From positions 8,535 through 72,534 of the forward strand of contig JBAZXC010000001.1 of the NCBI GenBank assembly GCA_041660065.1: DNA of 64,000 nt, read 5' to 3'. The translations under genes and the position numbers were made by a program. The stretch is from Parcubacteria group bacterium. GTDB taxonomy: Bacteria; Patescibacteriota; Minisyncoccia; Moranbacterales; GCA-2747515. The notes under the pieces are model-generated. The model made no database searches. It had not been told where the DNA came from and saw nothing but the letters and a program-made list of their open reading frames with translations. This document shows positions 58,000 through 64,000 of the stretch, one piece after another. The first letter of the stretch is position 1. Every line of letters starts with the position of its first letter.

Positions 58000-60229
58000 T
58001 GTTTTTATCTAAAATGACCAGATCATCTCCCGAGATGATGCGAATATAATTTGCGCGTCGATTTCCTGGGGAAATCTCATAGATGCTGTTCGGATAATCG
58101 TACAAACGATCCAGCCGGAGAGGATAGGAAGGGTCTGCTTCAAGTCGTTGTTCCGTAATGCGTTTCGTGCCATATTCACTGCCGCGAGAAATGACATAAT
58201 AGTCATAATCAGTGCCATTTTCATCAAATTCATTGAGATGCACGCGACTATTGCAATAGCCGACAAAAAAGACGCAAACGCCGTTTTTGTCCGACCATAT
58301 CTTGAGATCGCGTGCATGAGGCAATGTGTTGAGATATTCTGAAATTTCATAACTACCGTCACCCATATCTTTTGGATTGACGATGTATGCATTTGGCAAA
58401 AGCATGCTCGTATAGCTAAAATAAAATGGCTTAACTGTCCAAAGTGTGTATAGTGATGTCGCAGCAAACAAAAATGTGACGATGATAAAAAGTGTAGGAA
58501 ATTTTAACTTAGTCCACATGTAGTGCCATCCATATGCTGCGATGACAAAAAAGAGTGGATAAAGAATGATTTGATAACGTGTTGTTGCCGCGATGAGGCT
58601 GATCGCTGAACCGGCATAAAATACAATAATAAAGAGCATCGTATGCCACAAAAAAGTATGATCAAATTTTTTGATCGTGCGATCAAATGATGCGATGATC
58701 GCACAAAAGACACCAACAAGTATAATGGGAGATATGGAATAGATCATCGCATAGAATCCGGAAGAAAAAACTGCAAGAATGGAAAATTGGGAAGTGCTCT
58801 TGGGTGCTGCGAGGAGTCTTTCAAAGTTTGTCAGAAACATATGTGCACTTGCGTTTACGATGACAGTGATCATGATGATCGCAAAAATCGTGGAAACTGT
58901 GTAGAAAAAAAATACACGATATTTTTTGCATAGTGTAATGATCCAAATGAAAATTTGTGAACGAAGAAAAAAGTGATCAGCCAAAAAAATGACACAAAAT
59001 CCTAAAAATGGTTTCCACACAGGGGTAAATGCCTCGCTCCCGATCGTTGCAAGAAGTAGTCGATTCGGTATGAGCCATGTACCGGGAAAGAGAATATAAA
59101 AAGTTGTGAGTGCAAGAAATAATATGATGCCGATGTCAATGATCTTATTGCGGAGATAGGTATATGTGTCAATCGTATCTTTACTGAAGAGAAAACCTGA
59201 AAAGATCTCAAGAATAAAAAATACAATAAAAAGATTGGCGATGTATTTGGTGAGGAGGGATAATCCCAACAAAACACCGGTGCTGTAGAGCCATGAACGT
59301 GTCCGTTTTTTGAGATATAAAAAATAGCACAAAAAGGTCAATGGCATAAAAACCCAACTGAGTGCATCGGGATTGATGAGGCGTGATATGCCGATGAGAA
59401 TTGGCGATAAGCCGATCATCAGCGTTGCAAGAGTCGCCGTTTTTTGTCCAAACAGTTTATGAATGAATATGAAAAATAATATGATCATGATCCCACAAAA
59501 AATGAGCGTTGGGAGTCGCATGATGTAGAGCATCTGTGCAAGTTTTGGACCGTTGTCAAAATTATGATAAAAATCAGATGGTGTGGTCCATAGTAAGCCA
59601 ACACCGGAGATCATTGCCAATGTGACGCCGGGCTTGTCGCTTGGACGCGTATTTTTCCAGTCACGTTGTAAAATGTTCGGATAATACTTTTCAATACGGG
59701 ATTCCTCACCGTATGTCCAGAGTTTTTCATCTACAAAAGATCCTTTGTTCAAACGAAATAGTCCAAAAAAAATGAAACATAACACGATTGCAAGTGTGAA
59801 TGTTATATTGAATGGTGTGAATATTTTTTCTACATGTTGTTGGGACGGTATGTCAATGTCAGATGTGATCGTGCGATGCGTGTCGATTTGGTAGAGGAGA
59901 TAACCGATTAGACCAATGAACCAGAGGCCAACAGAAAGATAAAAGATATAATGGATCGCGCCGGTAATAAAAAAAGCAATACAAAATGCACAAATGGATG
60001 GTGCAGTGATTGTAAAAAAAAGGAGAATCTTCTTGTGCAATGTGTAATAACAATAAAAAGATATATAGCCAGAAGTGATAAAGAAAAGTGCATAAAAGAT
60101 CTTGAGTGAGGAAAAAATATGTAATGCACGTAGAGCGTCAACTTTATGCACAATAATGACCAGTGTGATAAAAAATAACAGTGCAGAAAGAACGATTGAT
60201 CGAGGACTAAACCGTGGGATAGTTTGCAT
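57986..60229 (-). CDS. GT-C-fold membrane glycosyltransferase
   Basis: VDE.LW, DKPGVTLA, SR.INPDA, LLTKY, RYQ. Confidence 0.78.
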   Translation of the reverse strand: MQTIPRFSPRSIVLSALLFFITLVIIVHKVDALRALHIFSSLKIFYALFFITSGYISFYCYYTLHKKILLFFTITAPSICAFCIAFFITGAIHYIFYLSVGLWFIGLIGYLLYQIDTHRTITSDIDIPSQQHVEKIFTPFNITFTLAIVLCFIFFGLFRLNKGSFVDEKLWTYGEESRIEKYYPNILQRDWKNTRPSDKPGVTLAMISGVGLLWTTPSDFYHNFDNGPKLAQMLYIMRLPTLIFCGIMIILFFIFIHKLFGQKTATLATLMIGLSPILIGISRLINPDALSWVFMPLTFLCYFLYLKKRTRSWLYSTGVLLGLSLLTKYIANLFIVFFILEIFSGFLFSKDTIDTYTYLRNKIIDIGIILFLALTTFYILFPGTWLIPNRLLLATIGSEAFTPVWKPFLGFCVIFLADHFFLRSQIFIWIITLCKKYRVFFFYTVSTIFAIIMITVIVNASAHMFLTNFERLLAAPKSTSQFSILAVFSSGFYAMIYSISPIILVGVFCAIIASFDRTIKKFDHTFLWHTMLFIIVFYAGSAISLIAATTRYQIILYPLFFVIAAYGWHYMWTKLKFPTLFIIVTFLFAATSLYTLWTVKPFYFSYTSMLLPNAYIVNPKDMGDGSYEISEYLNTLPHARDLKIWSDKNGVCVFFVGYCNSRVHLNEFDENGTDYDYYVISRGSEYGTKRITEQRLEADPSYPLRLDRLYDYPNSIYEISPGNRRANYIRIISGDDLVILDKNNASQ

Positions 60230-60278
60230 ACTTATCCAAAAAAACATATTATTACAATACGTTCAGTATAGATGAAAT

Positions 60279-62042
60279 ATGGGTAAAATCAAGGATATCG
60301 CAAACAAAGCATCGCAGTATAAATATACATGTGTTTTATTGGGTATTATTTTCGCGATGGGTATTTTCTTGCGTGTTTTCCATTTCAGTGTGTGGATGCC
60401 ATTTGAGCTTGATCAAGCGCGGGATGTTTTTGTGATCTATGATGCGGTGCACGGAGGTTTCGATCATTTGCCTCTTTTGGGTCCGCAAGCGCGAGGCAGG
60501 GAATTGTTTCTCGGGCCGATTTTTTATTATTTCGGATTTTTTGCGAGCATGATCTTTGGCGTGTCGCCGGAAGCCGTGGCTTTGCCTGATCTATTTTTTT
60601 CACTATGTGCGATCCCTTTATTTTATTTGTTTGCACGATTGTTCTTTTCTCGTTTTGTCAGTGTATCACTCACGGCAATTGTGGCGACGTCGTTATTTTT
60701 GGTGACATATGGGCGTTTTGCATGGAATCCAAACGGGATGTTTTTTTGGTCGCTTGTTACTTTTTATGGGTTATTGCGTGCATATGAGCAAAAAATTTTT
60801 CATGCAAAATGGCTTATTGTTTTTATCTGTGGCATAAGCGTGTTGACACAATTGCATTTCATCGGATTTATTGTTGCGCCGCTTGTTGCGATCGTGTATA
60901 TGGTCATGACAAAAATGCGTATTCCATTCCGTGTGTTCATAATGGCAGTGTGTATCATTTCTCTTTTTTACATGCCGGTCATTATCAGTGAAGTGCATAC
61001 GCATGGACATAATACGCGCATGTTTTTTTCTTCTGTTGCAATGAGTGAAGATGCGGAATCCGATGCAAATGTCGCATCGGATCTTGAACACGACATTGTG
61101 GAAAAAGCTTTTCGTTATATCCAGGAGTCAAGTACGTTTTACTGGAATATTCTCAGTGCGGATAACAATGGAAGAAAAAATATTCGTACAGACAAAAAGA
61201 ATCACGGGTATTTCCCGTTGGTCTGTGATGCGCAGTGTAAAAAGGCTTTGCCACATCATATTTTTGCGCTAAGTTCTTTCGGTGTGTCGCTTTGTGTTTT
61301 TTTCTATACATTATATATTTTTTATCGCAAACCCAAAGAATTTGATGCGGAATATTTAGGAAAAAGAAAACGCCTTCTCCTGGTCTTTCTTTGGCTGATC
61401 TTTGGGAGTGCATTTCTTACATTGGTTGCATATCAAATTTCTCCGCGATTCTTTCTTTTTCTCGCGACGCCATTTCTTATCATCCTTGGTGTCCTTTTGG
61501 AAGCAGTGCTAGGGTGGGGAAAGTACGGGAGGATGGTTGTTGGCATGATCGTTATTGCTTTTGTTACGACAAATCTGACGATGTCGTGGCGGTATTTTTC
61601 CGCGATCGATCAAGCACAGACTATCGCTGATCCGGCAGAATGGCATGATATCGCGATGAATCGTGATGATATCGTGACATTGTCTCAATTGCGTATGGCA
61701 GGTGAATTCATTGAGTCTGCTAAGGATGCGCAGGAGTCATTTATGATCGTGGGCGATAATCGTTATGCGCGTGCATTGTATTATATCGTTACGATTGAAC
61801 AAGGTGATGATCGGGCGTTATGTTACATGAAACGAGGCGGTTTTGATGTGGCGGATACACGCGGTATGACATATTTTGTTTTAGCAAAAATGGGATCTTC
61901 TATGCAACTAAACACAGAGATGCTTGCAACACACTCCATACAAAAACAAAAGGATTTTGGCACAATTGCTCTTTATAAACTTGTGCCGCATGAGCGTAGT
62001 ACGATCGTAAATGATCTTTCTTCGCGATGTTTTGTGCGGTGA
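60279..62042 (+). CDS. GT39/GT83-like membrane glycosyltransferase
   Basis: LR......F.LDQARD, LPLLGP, LGP.FYY, RFAWNPN, QLH. Confidence 0.82.
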   Translation: MGKIKDIANKASQYKYTCVLLGIIFAMGIFLRVFHFSVWMPFELDQARDVFVIYDAVHGGFDHLPLLGPQARGRELFLGPIFYYFGFFASMIFGVSPEAVALPDLFFSLCAIPLFYLFARLFFSRFVSVSLTAIVATSLFLVTYGRFAWNPNGMFFWSLVTFYGLLRAYEQKIFHAKWLIVFICGISVLTQLHFIGFIVAPLVAIVYMVMTKMRIPFRVFIMAVCIISLFYMPVIISEVHTHGHNTRMFFSSVAMSEDAESDANVASDLEHDIVEKAFRYIQESSTFYWNILSADNNGRKNIRTDKKNHGYFPLVCDAQCKKALPHHIFALSSFGVSLCVFFYTLYIFYRKPKEFDAEYLGKRKRLLLVFLWLIFGSAFLTLVAYQISPRFFLFLATPFLIILGVLLEAVLGWGKYGRMVVGMIVIAFVTTNLTMSWRYFSAIDQAQTIADPAEWHDIAMNRDDIVTLSQLRMAGEFIESAKDAQESFMIVGDNRYARALYYIVTIEQGDDRALCYMKRGGFDVADTRGMTYFVLAKMGSSMQLNTEMLATHSIQKQKDFGTIALYKLVPHERSTIVNDLSSRCFVR

Positions 62043-62104
62043 TAATGCAATTGCAAAAAGGATCAAAAAACCATACAATGGATATATAATCATCTCATTA
62101 TTTT

Positions 62105-63682
62105 ATGCAAAAGATCATCGAAGAATTGACCGCACATCGTCGATTTTATATAGGGTTGTTTGGTGTGATCATGCTCGCGACGTTTCTGCGTTTATGGGGA
62201 TTGGGTAATGTGCCATTTGTCGCTGATGAGTTTTTGGACGTGAATGCGACATATGGATATTTCAAGACGGGAGAGTGGCAGGCGTGGGATTTCAATCATG
62301 GTGAACCAAGTTTGCGTCTCAATGAGGCAAGTGATGGGCGTGCGTGGATCTATCGATGGCAAGTGGCGCAACTATATCATTATTTGCCACCGACTGAATT
62401 TACCATTCGTTTGGTCAGTGCGCTATGGGGAATTCTTACGACGATTATTTTATATTTTGTCACACTCAGTTATACCAAAAATCGGTGGATTGCATTTATA
62501 GCAGCATTTCTCTGGGCGGTAAGTGTGCCGGCGATCGAAATCAATCGTAAGATCAGGATGTACAGCATGTTCGCACCAGTCTTTTTGCTTTTTATGTGGA
62601 GTCTTTTCCAATTCATTGAATCCACGATCGTGTCCACGGTTCAATCTGGGGCTAGTCGTGGATTTATGCAGTCATTTTTTGCTGTGCGGTGGCCTTATAT
62701 TGTGCCGGTGATCTTGTTTGGTGCATTGGCGATGCATTTGCATGCATTGACTGGAAACTTCGTTTTGGTAGTTGTTGTATATTTTGTTGTGATGATCTAT
62801 TGCGGAGGTGAGGGTGTCATGCGACAACGATATATGGCATATGCTGGCGTCATTGGTGTGGGGCTTTTGTTGATAAAATTCGTGCGTCCGGCGGATTGGG
62901 TATATTTTATACAAAGTTTGTCCATTACGGAACATGTGAGTTATATGGGACATATTTTGCGCAACTATTGGCATCCCCTTCTTGGTGGAGCGGTAATGAT
63001 TTTGGGTACATGGGTTTTAGTACGGGATAAAGAACATATGCGCGCGGGCGTGTGGATTGGATGCTCTTTTTTTGTCAGTCTCTTTATGGCGATGTTTTTT
63101 TGGTCACGCAATGTGGGGGCGCAATATATCTTTTTTGCACAACCGTTTGGACTCATCCTTGCATCTGCCGGTATCGTATATCTCGCGGAATATGCACAAA
63201 AGATCACGCAAAAAAGAAAAGTATTTTTCTTTGTGCTTTTTGCGTGTTGCGTGTTTCTGCCGAATTATGGGTATTTTTTGGAGGAAAACAATACATATCA
63301 TATTACCGCGCAGGCGGATACGGTGGATTATCGCAAGGTGTTTGATTATGTAAAACGCAACTACACAAGTGGGGAGGTGCTTATTACGCGTAATTTTCGT
63401 AATTATTATTGGAGTGGACTTGATGCGCAGGTGTTTGATTTTGGCTCGGAGCGTGCGGAAGAACAATTGGTACAAGAGGGCAAGGTCAAAAAGATCACGT
63501 TTGCATACGTGCAAGAGATCGTGCAAAGTCATCCTGCAGGATGGGTGGTCATTGCTGACAACGATGAGACATTTATAGAAAAAGAAGCGCAAGAGTATTT
63601 TGATGCAAGCTTTGAGCGTGTAAAGGGCTCATCACTGCTCAATGGTGATGTGCGTGTGTATCGATGGGGTTCTAGGGATTAA
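62105..63682 (+). CDS. GT39/GT83-like membrane glycosyltransferase
   Basis: LRLW.LG....DE, RL.SAL.G, R..RMYS. Confidence 0.82.
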   Translation: MQKIIEELTAHRRFYIGLFGVIMLATFLRLWGLGNVPFVADEFLDVNATYGYFKTGEWQAWDFNHGEPSLRLNEASDGRAWIYRWQVAQLYHYLPPTEFTIRLVSALWGILTTIILYFVTLSYTKNRWIAFIAAFLWAVSVPAIEINRKIRMYSMFAPVFLLFMWSLFQFIESTIVSTVQSGASRGFMQSFFAVRWPYIVPVILFGALAMHLHALTGNFVLVVVVYFVVMIYCGGEGVMRQRYMAYAGVIGVGLLLIKFVRPADWVYFIQSLSITEHVSYMGHILRNYWHPLLGGAVMILGTWVLVRDKEHMRAGVWIGCSFFVSLFMAMFFWSRNVGAQYIFFAQPFGLILASAGIVYLAEYAQKITQKRKVFFFVLFACCVFLPNYGYFLEENNTYHITAQADTVDYRKVFDYVKRNYTSGEVLITRNFRNYYWSGLDAQVFDFGSERAEEQLVQEGKVKKITFAYVQEIVQSHPAGWVVIADNDETFIEKEAQEYFDASFERVKGSSLLNGDVRVYRWGSRD

Positions 63683-63730
63683 CGAATTAAAGAATTAAAG
63701 GGTTAATGAATTAAGAATTAAAAAATTAAG
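63677..63730. repeat. TTAA-type 8-mer tandem repeats
   Basis: GATTAACGAATTAAAGAATTAAAGGGTTAATGAATTAAG. Confidence 0.6.
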
Positions 63731-63731
63731 A

Positions 63732-64000
63732 ATGAAAAATATTTTGTATAATAAAATATTTTGGGTCGTTTTGTTGATCGTGGTTGTAGGCGCGTTTTTG
63801 CGTACGTATCATTTTGCTGATTGGATGCATTATCAGTTGGATCAGGCGCGTGATTTTCGCGTGGTGCATGCGGCGATGGAATATGGTCCGGGTGAACTGC
63901 CTTTGCAGGGACCGCGAGCCGCGGGATCGTTTTTACGATTAGGTCCGCTGATGTACTATTTGGAATATGGTAGTGCACTTGTGTTTGGCGATACGCCTGC
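63732..64000 (+). CDS. GT39/GT83-like glycosyltransferase, 3'-truncated by the window (paralog of 60279-62042)
   Basis: MKNILY...FLRTYHFADWMHYQLDQARD...LPLQGPRA...LGPLMYY; absent from the ORF track because it has no stop. Confidence 0.8.
   Translation, partial: MKNILYNKIFWVVLLIVVVGAFLRTYHFADWMHYQLDQARDFRVVHAAMEYGPGELPLQGPRAAGSFLRLGPLMYYLEYGSALVFGDTP

Overview
Bacterial DNA in the standard genetic code (TGA is used as stop). Gene content and style suggest a Patescibacteria/CPR genome, probably Parcubacteria or Moranbacteria-like; this taxonomy is inference. About two thirds of the window is cell-envelope and glycan biosynthesis: GT2/GT4 enzymes, about eight GT-C-fold membrane transferases, wzm/wzt, gmd/fcl, galE, ugd, a CysC-CysQ fusion plus sulfotransferase, PBP1A, an L,D-transpeptidase and a SpoIID-like protein. 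Housekeeping genes include truB, a membrane-anchored Clp-type ATPase and tRNA-Gln(CTG). The most unusual structure is non-coding. (1) A tandem array of single-gene cassettes (site, sigma70 promoter, ORF, terminator) is stacked against the 3' end of tRNA-Gln and separated by att-like sites, with no integrase in the window. (2) A 20-bp palindrome, CCTGCCTGCCGGTAGGCAGG, plus 38-42-bp variants, is inserted precisely into other repeats, into itself and in frame into a gene; an empty and a filled site lie side by side. (3) Three small genes (GIY-YIG, DUF559, four-helix bundle) are each bracketed by their own repeat family, and gene-less copies of each family are scattered across the window. All family assignments come from motif recognition by eye; no database searches were run.
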